This document shows positions 1 to 8,957 of a DNA stretch of 64,000 nucleotides, in pieces. This stretch comes from Thermoplasmatota archaeon (lineage in GTDB: Archaea > Thermoplasmatota > JAKEGO01). The stretch's first letter is position 1; every line of letters begins with the position of its first letter. The stretch is taken from contig JANQNK010000003.1 in NCBI GenBank assembly GCA_028279595.1, positions 128,001 to 192,000 of the forward strand, written 5' to 3'. The position numbers and the translations under genes are program-made. Under the pieces are notes generated by a model. It did not search any database, was not told where the DNA came from, and was given only the letters and a program-made list of their open reading frames with translations.

Positions 1-1
1 C

Positions 2-241
2 CTGATCAGGCACCTGGTCCTCCCCGGTCACGTCGATTGCTGCACCAAACCCGTAATGGACATAATCGGTAACAAGCTGGGGTCCGCCCGCATCAACATC
101 ATGGACCAGTTCAGACCGGTCTGGAGGGCCAGGGATCTTGGTCTCGACAGAATGCTTTCACCCGAAGAGTACAAGGAAGCGGTGGAATACGCCGAGAAGG
201 TCCTCGACATGGACCGGTTCAGCCTTCAGCATCCCCTCTGA
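2..241 (+). CDS. Radical SAM protein, PflX-like (3' end only, truncated by window start)
   Basis: Frame reads LIRHLVLPGHVDCCTKPVMD...INIMDQFRP, matching the C-terminal motifs of PflX-type PFL-activating-enzyme homologs. Confidence 0.8.
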   Translation: MIRHLVLPGHVDCCTKPVMDIIGNKLGSARINIMDQFRPVWRARDLGLDRMLSPEEYKEAVEYAEKVLDMDRFSLQHPL

Positions 242-242
242 A

Positions 243-773
243 TCATTCTCTGGACTCCAGCTCCTTCAGGACCTCTTCGGGTAGGAACTCCATCTGCGCA
301 GCCACGACCCCTGCGGAATCGTTTGCTGTCATGTACGCTTCCAGAGGCTCCCTGTTGAGTGTGATGAAGTTGGGTCCCCACTTGAACTTGGATACCAGTT
401 CCTCGGCCTCCTGGATGTCGCCGAGGATGTACGCTGATGCGGACAACGCCTCTGCCGTCGAGAGCCTCCATGGGCGGCCGTAATTGACCGGGTTCGCCGC
501 TATAAGATATGGAAGCGCCCTAGCCTCTGCCGAGACCCTTGGAAATACTGTCTCCAGCGTCGCCCACGAGCAGTCCAGCCCGAGGACGCCGCGCCTGGAC
601 GCCTTCCTGTCAGCCGGGGAGAATGCAACGTCAGCCCGTGGGTCCAGTATCACACCCGACCTCTTGATCTGACGGCGGTACACACGCTCGACGATCTCGA
701 ACCTGACCAGTTTCCTGGCTGTGTTCCGTTTGGGATCGTCATCGCCCTCTATGTAGACCGAGAACCGTGTCAC
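243..773 (-). CDS. tsr3: 16S rRNA aminocarboxypropyltransferase Tsr3 (DUF367)
   Basis: DDPKRNTARKL, LDCSW, RALPYLIAANPVNYGRPWRLSTAEA motifs; GTG start at 773 chosen over the longer ORF. Confidence 0.92.
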   Translation of the reverse strand: MTRFSVYIEGDDDPKRNTARKLVRFEIVERVYRRQIKRSGVILDPRADVAFSPADRKASRRGVLGLDCSWATLETVFPRVSAEARALPYLIAANPVNYGRPWRLSTAEALSASAYILGDIQEAEELVSKFKWGPNFITLNREPLEAYMTANDSAGVVAAQMEFLPEEVLKELESRE

Positions 774-816
774 AGTACCCCCAACTAGGTCGTAGGTTAA
801 GGGTATTTCGCCAGAC

Positions 817-963
817 CTACTGCTGGAAATCGAAGCAGAAACCGCACTTCTCCGTCTCCTTGGGTGGCTCGTCGCAAAGCTCCTCGCCGTCCCAGTCGAT
901 CGGGCATTCGGTCTCCTTGGGATATTTGTGTACCTTCCCACCCTTCACGAAGAACTTGACCAT
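817..963 (-). CDS. 48-aa Cys/His microprotein, paralog A
   Basis: Translated by hand: MVKFFVKGGKVHKYPKETECPIDWDGEELCDEPPKETEKCGFCFDFQQ; equal-length paralog lies just upstream. Confidence 0.8.
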   Translation of the reverse strand: MVKFFVKGGKVHKYPKETECPIDWDGEELCDEPPKETEKCGFCFDFQQ

Positions 964-1050
964 GTTTATCACAGGACACCACATCGATTAATAGTCCTTC
1001 CCCGAACTACCATGATAAAAGGGTATGACGATCCGGGACCGGCGTGCCGA

Positions 1051-1197
1051 TCACTGCTGGATGTCAAAACAGAAGCTGCACTTCTTGTCGCCGTTCGGCG
1101 GTTCCTGACAGAGGACCTCGCCGTTGTGGAGAACAGTGCATTCTGTTCCCTTCGGGTGCTTGTGGACCTTTCCTCCTTTAACGAAGAATTCCTCCAT
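1051..1197 (-). CDS. 48-aa Cys/His microprotein, paralog B
   Basis: Translated by hand: MEEFFVKGGKVHKHPKGTECTVLHNGEVLCQEPPNGDKKCSFCFDIQQ; 31/48 identical to paralog A, ungapped. Confidence 0.8.
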   Translation of the reverse strand: MEEFFVKGGKVHKHPKGTECTVLHNGEVLCQEPPNGDKKCSFCFDIQQ

Positions 1198-1247
1198 GGT
1201 ACCGTTTAGTGACCATTCTCGGATAATATCCCTTTCCCGAAAGAGCG

Positions 1248-1475
1248 CTAATCGGAAAGGTCGTCCAGCATGTTCACGAGGCGGTCTAATTCCCGGTTGG
1301 ACTTGATTATGCTACGTGTAAGGGTACCGTCGAAGTCCATGTCGATGGTGTGGCCACAGTTGCACTCGTGGTGGATGAGCCCCAACATCTTCTCGAGTGC
1401 GATCTGATGGGTGCGCTCGCACTGGGGGCAATGAACATCCACTATCCTGATCCCTATGCGTCTGGAGCCTGTCAT
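1248..1475 (-). CDS. Small zinc-ribbon-like protein
   Basis: CPQC...CNCG motifs, 75 aa. Confidence 0.6.
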   Translation of the reverse strand: MTGSRRIGIRIVDVHCPQCERTHQIALEKMLGLIHHECNCGHTIDMDFDGTLTRSIIKSNRELDRLVNMLDDLSD

Positions 1476-1618
1476 CTCGCCTCATATTATATTTGGGTCT
1501 CAATGATAGTTATAATTTGCGCATCGAGTATAAATAGAGGACCAGTTCCGGTGTCAGATCGGTGTGCCACAAGTATTAACCCGATCACGTCCCTTCATAG
1601 CTCACGAGGTGCCGAAGT

Positions 1619-2287
1619 ATGCTGCCCAGGATCATAACTCACACGGGAGTGAGTCTCGATGGGAGGGTGACCGGTTTCGAGGTAGATGTCGGTCTCTACT
1701 ACGAACTGGCCATGGGGTGGGGCGAGGACGCAACCCTCGTGGGCGCCGACACACTTCTCACCGCCCCGGATGACGAGGTCCCGGAGGAGACGCCTGAAGC
1801 GTTCGAACCCAGGACTGTAGATCCCGAGGACCCCAGGTCCATCATCGTGATCCCCGACAGCCGCGGCAGACTCCGGAACTGGCACTACTGGCCAAGGACA
1901 GAGTACTGGAAGGACGCTGTGGCGATGATCTCGGCCTCGACCCCCGACGACTACGTTGAACACCTCAGGGAGCGTCACATCGACACGATCGTAGCTGGCG
2001 ATGACCATGTGGACCTGCGGAAGGCCCTCGAGGAACTGAATCGGGGATTCGGTGTGGAAACGGTCCGCGTCGACAGCGGCGGGACTCTTTTCTCCGTCCT
2101 GTTGCGAGAGGGCCTGGTAAGCGAGGTCAGCCTGCTAGTCCATCCGGTAGTGGTCGGGGGAGGCGACGAGAACCTGCTCTTCAAGGGGGAGATCCTCGAC
2201 GACGCGATCCTTCCGGACCTGGAATTGTTGTCCATCGAGGAGAAGAGGAACGGTATCCTCTGGTTGAAGTACGATTTGAAGGGTTGA
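1619..2287 (+). CDS. RibD C-terminal domain / pyrimidine reductase family protein
   Basis: SLDGRV, LVGADT, DSRGRL, VDSGGTL motifs. Confidence 0.88.
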   Translation: MLPRIITHTGVSLDGRVTGFEVDVGLYYELAMGWGEDATLVGADTLLTAPDDEVPEETPEAFEPRTVDPEDPRSIIVIPDSRGRLRNWHYWPRTEYWKDAVAMISASTPDDYVEHLRERHIDTIVAGDDHVDLRKALEELNRGFGVETVRVDSGGTLFSVLLREGLVSEVSLLVHPVVVGGGDENLLFKGEILDDAILPDLELLSIEEKRNGILWLKYDLKG

Positions 2288-2295
2288 TCCCCCCC

Positions 2296-2865
2296 TCATC
2301 TGTTCAGGTCCATCATGGCCGCGTTCGGGCATTTGAACCGCGCCAGACAGTTCACGCAGGCGATCATCCGGAAGACGACGAACACCCTGAACAACATCAG
2401 ACCGAGGACTGACAGGAACAGCCCGAGCAGCAGGTACGAGAAATCGATGAACAGTGCGATGCCCATGCCTGCGATCGGGAGGATGAGCGCCGCCATGTAC
2501 AGCGTGTTGTGGCAGAGCAATCCCTTCGCACGATCAGCGAAGCGGTTCGGGTCCCCCCTTTCAGAGAGCTCCTTCGCGATGATATTGCTCCCGGCAATGC
2601 AGCGTGATCCGCCCAGCCTCGAGTAAACGCAGTGCGGACAGACGATGAAGGGCATCAGTATGTACAGCTGGAATATCGCGAAGGCCAGGTAGAAGGCTCC
2701 GATGATATCGCCGTATCCCAGGAACGCGAAGCCGACCGCCAGTCCGATGGCGCCGAGCACGTAATGGAGACCGAGCGAGATATGGTACACGAGCATGTGT
2801 CCCACCGGATAGACCTTGTACCCTGTTCTGACACGTACCCTGCGTCCCGTCGGATCACCCGCCAT
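2296..2865 (-). CDS. Cys-rich membrane protein (about 4 TM), start uncertain
   Basis: Hydrophobic helices with CPHC-x-Y...C and CVNC...CP motifs. Confidence 0.7.
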   Translation of the reverse strand: MAGDPTGRRVRVRTGYKVYPVGHMLVYHISLGLHYVLGAIGLAVGFAFLGYGDIIGAFYLAFAIFQLYILMPFIVCPHCVYSRLGGSRCIAGSNIIAKELSERGDPNRFADRAKGLLCHNTLYMAALILPIAGMGIALFIDFSYLLLGLFLSVLGLMLFRVFVVFRMIACVNCLARFKCPNAAMMDLNR

Positions 2866-2950
2866 GGAATCCGGGACCGGGTTCAAAAGGTTTTCCGGCT
2901 GTCGGCAGGGTCCACAACCCTTTAGAACGAGCGCCGTGATACATCGGCCG

Positions 2951-3973
2951 ATGACATCGACCTTCGAGACCATAGCCCGGGACGCCGAGGTGGTCACCCA
3001 GGACGAGCTGAAGGTCCTGCTCGACAACGGAGGGGGGAAGGCCTACATCGGGTTCGAGCCCTCCGGCATAGTCCACGTAGGCTGGCTCGTCTGCATCAAG
3101 AAGATGAAGGAGGTGACGGACGCCGGGTTCGACCTGACCGTCTACCTGGCGGACTGGCACGCGTTCGTCAACGACAAGCTCGGCGGTGATATCGAGACCA
3201 TACGGCTCTGCGGCGAATACCTGAAGGAGGTCTTCGACGCCGCCCAGGTCCCGTGCACCTACCTGTACGCGTCGGAGCTCATGGACTCGATAGACTACTG
3301 GGAGCGTGTCATGCGGGTCATGAAGGGCACCACCCTGAAGAGGACCAAGAGGGCCATGACCGTCATGGGCCGCAAGGAGGACGAGGCAGAGGCCGACACA
3401 TCGAAGTTCCTCTATCCCGCCCTGCAGGTGGCCGACATATTCGAGATGGACCTTGACCTGGCCCTCGGGGGAATGGACCAGCGCCACGCCCACATGCTCC
3501 AGAGGGACGTCGCGGACAAGCTCGGGTGGAAGAAGGTGGTGGCAGTCCATACTCCGTTGATCTCGGGACTAGCCGCCAGCGGTCGTATGGACCCGATCGA
3601 GGGTAAGATGTCGAAGTCCAACCCCGACGGTACGATATCGATCCACGATACCACCGAGGAGATCTCCCGGAAGATGAAGAAGGCCTTCTGCCCCGAGATG
3701 GCCGAGGGCAATCCGGTAGTGGAAATAGTCCAACATGTCATATTCCCCTACGAGGGCAAGTTCACCATACTCAGGGACGAGAAGTGGGGAGGCGACATCG
3801 AGTACACCGATGTCGCGGCTCTGATCGCGGACCTCGAGTCCAAGCAGCTCCACCCGCAGGACCTCAAGATGTCCACCGCGGCCGCACTCGACAGGATCGT
3901 CGAGCCGTACAGGGCACATTTCGAGGGTAAGATGGACATGGTGGAGCGGATCAGCGCAGCAGTGGGACGCTGA
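2951..3973 (+). CDS. tyrS: Tyrosine--tRNA ligase (archaeal type)
   Basis: YIGFEPSG, HVGW (HIGH), LADWHA, YPALQVAD, GGMDQR, KMSKS. Confidence 0.97.
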   Translation: MTSTFETIARDAEVVTQDELKVLLDNGGGKAYIGFEPSGIVHVGWLVCIKKMKEVTDAGFDLTVYLADWHAFVNDKLGGDIETIRLCGEYLKEVFDAAQVPCTYLYASELMDSIDYWERVMRVMKGTTLKRTKRAMTVMGRKEDEAEADTSKFLYPALQVADIFEMDLDLALGGMDQRHAHMLQRDVADKLGWKKVVAVHTPLISGLAASGRMDPIEGKMSKSNPDGTISIHDTTEEISRKMKKAFCPEMAEGNPVVEIVQHVIFPYEGKFTILRDEKWGGDIEYTDVAALIADLESKQLHPQDLKMSTAAALDRIVEPYRAHFEGKMDMVERISAAVGR

Positions 3974-4125
3974 TATCCAGGATGACCTTCACGGATGGGG
4001 GGCGCTGTGATGATGAACGCCTCGCCGATCATTGACGACTGATGGGCAAGCTGAGCGCCCCGCACCGCCATGCAGGAGCTGGTTTTCGACATTCAATATA
4101 TATATCGAAAGGCCGATTCCCACCC

Positions 4126-5193
4126 ATGGAACGGGCATCCAGGGAGGCGCGGTCGGCGGGCAGGGCGATTTCTGCACGGACCGTACTCATCGCTACGATG
4201 ATGGCGTTCGTACTTGTGCATGTATCGACCGCAGTATCCGCCGGGTCCACGACGATCCACTATTCATGGGACCACGAGGGGGAGAACGTCTCCTTCGATC
4301 TGACGGTCCAGGATGAATACATTGCCGGTTACGAGAGCTACGAGCTCAAGGAGCGCTTCGATTACGGGAGCATGTTGACCGTCCAGGACCCTCACGTCAT
4401 GATCGCAGCCATCGAGATCCGGGAGATCGCCGAGGAGCACGATTTCGACCGGGCGGAACTGGCCCTGACCTTCGTCCAGAGCTTCGAATACTCTGAGGAC
4501 AACGAGGCCAAGGGCTGCCGCGACTACGCGCGGTTCCCGCTCGAGATGCTGGTCGATTCCACCGGAGACTGCGAGGACAAGGCGATGCTGCTCACGGTCC
4601 TGCTCATCGACCTCGGTTACGATTCCGTCCTCTTCGTGATCTACGACAACACCAGCGGCCACATGGCCTCGGGTGTCGCGGGAAACGGATTCTCGGGCGG
4701 ATCGGTCATGCACAACGGGACCGAGTACTTCTACGCCGAGACCACGTCCCGTGGGTTCGACATCGGGGATGTGCCGTCCGGCATCAACCTGACCGATATC
4801 GAGGTGGTGGAGAAGAGCGCCCCGAAGAGCCAGTTCCACGATCCCGAGGAGGAGACCGACGACCTCCCGCCGTGGTACTACTTCATCATGGGAGCCCTCA
4901 TGGCGGGAGCGCTGGCTGCGATCGCCGCCGTCCTCGGTTCCCGGAAGGGAAGGAAGGCTGCCGAGGCGGAGGAATCCGAGAAGAAGTGGAAGGAGTACGA
5001 GCAGTACGAGCGCACTGACTCGGGACTCAACATCATCAATGAACCTCGCACACCGCCGAAACAGAGAGCGCCCAGGACCAGATCGCGTCCACCGCCCGAG
5101 GAGTACGGGTACGACAGGGACCGCAGGATGGTCAACGATTACATGGCCGACGATGACGGCGGGTCCGAGGATACCTACAACCCGTACAAATGA
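4126..5193 (+). CDS. Secreted, membrane-anchored transglutaminase-like Cys protease domain protein
   Basis: Signal peptide, GDCEDKA...H...ETT catalytic-triad pattern, C-terminal TM plus charged tail. Confidence 0.8.
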   Translation: MERASREARSAGRAISARTVLIATMMAFVLVHVSTAVSAGSTTIHYSWDHEGENVSFDLTVQDEYIAGYESYELKERFDYGSMLTVQDPHVMIAAIEIREIAEEHDFDRAELALTFVQSFEYSEDNEAKGCRDYARFPLEMLVDSTGDCEDKAMLLTVLLIDLGYDSVLFVIYDNTSGHMASGVAGNGFSGGSVMHNGTEYFYAETTSRGFDIGDVPSGINLTDIEVVEKSAPKSQFHDPEEETDDLPPWYYFIMGALMAGALAAIAAVLGSRKGRKAAEAEESEKKWKEYEQYERTDSGLNIINEPRTPPKQRAPRTRSRPPPEEYGYDRDRRMVNDYMADDDGGSEDTYNPYK

Positions 5194-5194
5194 G

Positions 5195-6526
5195 CTATCC
5201 ATTCTCGAAATCGTCCAGCAATCCCCTCAGGCCTGGCCTTCGGGGATATCTTTCCCTCAGGCGTACTAGCATCGCCGGGAGTCCACTGTTGTCCTTCAGG
5301 TCCTCGAACCTTCGGCGGATGCGCCACAGGACGTCGCGTCCCTTCGACGTCAGCAGAAGGTCCGTAAGATGTTCGGCAAGCTCTATGGACGGTTCTGATT
5401 CCTCGGCTATCCATTCGACCATATCGACGTCATCCGAGCCTAACGCCAGATCGGTCAGCGCACTCACCTCGCCCACCTCCAGGAGCAGCTCGGCGAGCAG
5501 GACCCTTGCCTCCGGGTCCATTTCGAGGGCCGTCGTGACCGCGGCGTCCGGGCTCACCTCCACGAGCCGTCCCATGACCTCCCTATCGACCCAAAGTCCA
5601 AGGCATTCCCTCAGGTGGTCTATCCTGTCATCCTCCGAGATGTCCAGCCCTGCGGCGATCAGATGAAGGGCCCGCCTCTCCCTCGGGGTCCTGTCCCCCA
5701 TCGCCTCGATGACGATCGGTAGGCATTCCTCCCCCATTCCGGCGCCTTCGAGATGCTGGCAACCTTCCTCGATGGCCTCGACCGGCGCATCGGAACCGAT
5801 GATCGCAAGCAGTTCGTCCGTCCTGCCGAGGACCCCGAGCAGATGGACCCTTGCCCTCGAGGCCATGTCGGACTCGATCGGACCCGCAATCGTGGGCAGC
5901 CGCGCCAGAAGTGCCTCGGCGTCGCCCGGGGAGAACCTCCCCCTCGCGATCGCCTCGAGACCGCGCTCCGGGTCGACCTCCAGGATATCTCCGGCGAGGA
6001 CTGCAGCTCCATCGGCCTCCAGCTCAGCGATGGTCCTGGTCCACTCCTCCGTGAACGGCTCGACGAAAGGCGTTCCCTCGAGGTAGGAGACAGCCCTTCT
6101 CAGGAAAGCCTCGGACTCCTCGGGGCCGAGTTCAGAGATCTCGGTCAAAAGGGTGTCCGCCCGGCGCTCAAGGGCCCTCTTCTCTGCCTTGGTCCTCATT
6201 CTCGCGGATAGGCTGACAAGGTCATCGACCTCGGCATCGAGATCCCGGTCCTCACCCATCCTTCCGGGGACCTCGGATACCTTCAGGGCCACCGCGACGG
6301 CGTGCTTGCAGATGCCGCCGAACGGGCAGTTGCAGGTGATGACCGGTTCGTCCTCGGTGATGATCCTTACCCTGTAGTCGGACGTACCCTCGACGACCGC
6401 CTCGACGACCTTCCCGTCGGTGCTGATGGGACCTACCCTGCCCTCGATGTAGTACATCCTGCCCCGGTTGTAGATCGTCGCGGAGACCCTCCTCCGCACC
6501 GCGTCGCTCAGGTCCTTCGGGTCCAC
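5195..6526 (-). CDS. SWIM zinc finger protein
   Basis: RGRMYY...V.GT..Y.V and CNCPFGGICKH; GTG start at 6526. Confidence 0.85.
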   Translation of the reverse strand: MDPKDLSDAVRRRVSATIYNRGRMYYIEGRVGPISTDGKVVEAVVEGTSDYRVRIITEDEPVITCNCPFGGICKHAVAVALKVSEVPGRMGEDRDLDAEVDDLVSLSARMRTKAEKRALERRADTLLTEISELGPEESEAFLRRAVSYLEGTPFVEPFTEEWTRTIAELEADGAAVLAGDILEVDPERGLEAIARGRFSPGDAEALLARLPTIAGPIESDMASRARVHLLGVLGRTDELLAIIGSDAPVEAIEEGCQHLEGAGMGEECLPIVIEAMGDRTPRERRALHLIAAGLDISEDDRIDHLRECLGLWVDREVMGRLVEVSPDAAVTTALEMDPEARVLLAELLLEVGEVSALTDLALGSDDVDMVEWIAEESEPSIELAEHLTDLLLTSKGRDVLWRIRRRFEDLKDNSGLPAMLVRLRERYPRRPGLRGLLDDFENG

Positions 6527-6620
6527 GCCCACCGAACGGCAAGGGCCGATATTAAACCGACGGGGCGGCCGAGACCACAACCCTTTTCTAACAACCTCGG
6601 CATTGTCCCACCGTGGGAAC

Positions 6621-7703
6621 ATGACTCCAGCGCAGGGTAACGTTGATGGTGCTGGCCAGGGGAAGGGACGCATCGCCGTCCTCACCGGGGGCGGGGACGC
6701 TCCGGGACTGAACGCCGTGATAAGGGGAATAGTCCACAGGGCCAACTCCCTGGGTTACGGCGTCCTCGGTCTGAGGAACGGCTGGGCTGGCCTGACCACG
6801 GGCAAGGAGACTTTCGATCTGGACCTGGATGCTGTCAAGGACATTCATATCACCGGAGGGACCATCCTGGGAACCTCGCGGACGAACCCATACAACATCG
6901 ACGGCGGGCCTGGCATGGTGAAGACGAGCCTCGATGGGTTCGGCTGCGAATACCTGATCGCGATCGGCGGCGAGGACACGCTTGGCGTGGCGAACAAGCT
7001 TGCGGCCGATGGCATAAAGGTCATCGGCGTTCCCAAGACAATCGACAACGACCTCAGCGCAACGGATTACACCTTCGGGTTCGACACCGCCTGCAACAGG
7101 GCGGCCGAGGCGATCCGCAACCTCCACACGACCGCCCGGTCCCATTCGAGGGTGATCGTCGTCGAGGTAATGGGCCGGCACGCCGGCTGGATAACCTGGA
7201 ACAGCGGTATCGCCGGTGGAGCACACATCGTCCTGCTACCGGAGGAGAGGTTCTCGATGGACGACATATGCCATGTCGTCGAGGAGCGCGAGAACGCCGG
7301 TGACCCCTACACTATCATAGCAGTCTCGGAAGGGGCGCTTCCTGACGACCAGGAGAGCCTGGCCCTCCAGACCGAGGAGAGGGACTCCTTCGGGCACGTC
7401 CGACTTGGCGGGATCGCACAGAAACTGGCGAAGTCCATCGAGGCGCGGACAGGCAAGGAATGCCGGCACGTGGTCCTCGGGCATCTTCAGAGGGCCGGAG
7501 CCCCGTCCGCCTTCGACGTCGTCCTCGGAACCCGCCTCGGCATCAAGGCCGCCGAGATGGTCGACGCCGGAGAGTTCGGAAAGATGGCCGCCCTCAGGGG
7601 GCTGTCCATCGAGGCCGTCCCCCTCGAGGAGGCCGTCGGGACCCTGAAGACCGTCCCGGACGACATGATCGCCGAGTCGAGGTTGTTCTGGTCCCCGGAT
7701 TGA
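6621..7703 (+). CDS. pfkA: 6-phosphofructokinase (PfkA family, probably PPi-dependent)
   Basis: TGGGDAPGLN, GGTILGTSR, GGEDT, PKTIDND, EVMGRHAGW. Confidence 0.95.
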   Translation: MTPAQGNVDGAGQGKGRIAVLTGGGDAPGLNAVIRGIVHRANSLGYGVLGLRNGWAGLTTGKETFDLDLDAVKDIHITGGTILGTSRTNPYNIDGGPGMVKTSLDGFGCEYLIAIGGEDTLGVANKLAADGIKVIGVPKTIDNDLSATDYTFGFDTACNRAAEAIRNLHTTARSHSRVIVVEVMGRHAGWITWNSGIAGGAHIVLLPEERFSMDDICHVVEERENAGDPYTIIAVSEGALPDDQESLALQTEERDSFGHVRLGGIAQKLAKSIEARTGKECRHVVLGHLQRAGAPSAFDVVLGTRLGIKAAEMVDAGEFGKMAALRGLSIEAVPLEEAVGTLKTVPDDMIAESRLFWSPD

Positions 7704-7718
7704 ATGGAGTGATCGTAG

Positions 7719-8840
7719 ATGTACGAACCGATACCTGGAAAGAGGATATTCAACGCCCTGCTGGACCAGGACTGCATAGTCCTTGCCTGCAACCCCCGGA
7801 TAATCCCCGGTGTGGCGAAGGGCATATTCAATGCGGCGAAGGAGCTCGACGCACCGCTCATAATGGAGCTTGCCAGGACCGAGTGCAACCAGCACATCGG
7901 CTATACCGGTCTCAGGCCCAGCACCCTCGCGTCCCGGCTCTACGAGGTCAACGAGGAGGTCGGGCACGACATCTGGGCCCTCCACGCGGACCACATCGGC
8001 ATCAAGACCGGCCTGCCGGACGACATGGCCGACGCCAAGGAGCTCGTCCAGGAGCAGATGGACTCCGGTTTCACGAGTTTCGCCATAGATGCTTCCCATC
8101 TTTTCGACTTCGACGGCGCCACGGTCGCCGAGGAGCTCGCCCCCAACATCAAGGCCACCATCGACATAGCCAACTACATCACGGATGGAATGTCCGGGAA
8201 GGAGTACGGGCTCGAGGTAGAGGTGGGCGAGATCGGAAGGACCGGCGATGGCGGCATGATATTGACGTCACCAGAGGAAGCGACCACTTTCATATCGGCC
8301 CTTAGGGACGCTGGCATAGACCCGCAGCTGATCGCCATAGCCAACGGCAGCACGCACGGGAACGTCTTCGACGCCGACGGCAATCCGATCCAGCAGGTGT
8401 CTATAGACATCGAGAGGACGAAGGCCGTGGCCGGCGCGCTTCGTGAGGCAGGACTTGGAGTGAGGATCGCCCAGCACGGCATAACCGGAACACCGCTCGG
8501 GCTCATTGCAGAGCAGTTCCCCCACGGGGACATCCTCAAGGGCAACGTTGCCACCCTCTACCAGAACATCGTCCTCGACGCACTCAAGGAACACCACCCG
8601 GACCTATGGCAGGAGATCTGGGACTGGACACTGACCAACAAGCCCATGGAGGGGAGGCCCGACATCGAGGTCTTCGGAAAGAACGTGAAGCACGCGCTCA
8701 AACCCTTCTTCGACATGATCTACGAGATGTCCGAGGCCTGCGAGGCACAGATCGAGAGGGAGTCGTACAAGGCCACTGAAGCCCACATACTGGCCTTCAA
8801 GTCCGCCGGGAAGGCGGAGCTGGTCCGCCAGGCACTCTAA
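7719..8840 (+). CDS. fbaA: Fructose-bisphosphate aldolase, class II
   Basis: LHADH, IDASH, EVEVGEIG, GSTHG, HGITG; directly follows pfk. Confidence 0.88.
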   Translation: MYEPIPGKRIFNALLDQDCIVLACNPRIIPGVAKGIFNAAKELDAPLIMELARTECNQHIGYTGLRPSTLASRLYEVNEEVGHDIWALHADHIGIKTGLPDDMADAKELVQEQMDSGFTSFAIDASHLFDFDGATVAEELAPNIKATIDIANYITDGMSGKEYGLEVEVGEIGRTGDGGMILTSPEEATTFISALRDAGIDPQLIAIANGSTHGNVFDADGNPIQQVSIDIERTKAVAGALREAGLGVRIAQHGITGTPLGLIAEQFPHGDILKGNVATLYQNIVLDALKEHHPDLWQEIWDWTLTNKPMEGRPDIEVFGKNVKHALKPFFDMIYEMSEACEAQIERESYKATEAHILAFKSAGKAELVRQAL

Positions 8841-8881
8841 GGGTGGACGGACCTCGCGCTACAATATTGATTGTTCAGCGA

Positions 8882-8919
8882 ACGCGCTCGACGCCGCCCC
8901 TGCTGGGGCGTCGACGCGT
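8882..8919. terminator. GC-rich hairpin between convergent genes
   Basis: ACGCG-c-TCGACGCC pairs with GGCGTCGA-CGCGT. Confidence 0.45.
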
Positions 8920-8957
8920 ATCACCAATATCCTCCCAGGGGTACGGGTACCGCATGA

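Noticed and set aside
774-941. Long N-terminal extensions in the ORF track (tsr3; also tyrS, SWIM, mfnA, serS, etfA)
   Set aside because: They overlap neighbouring genes or promoters; homology begins at downstream starts
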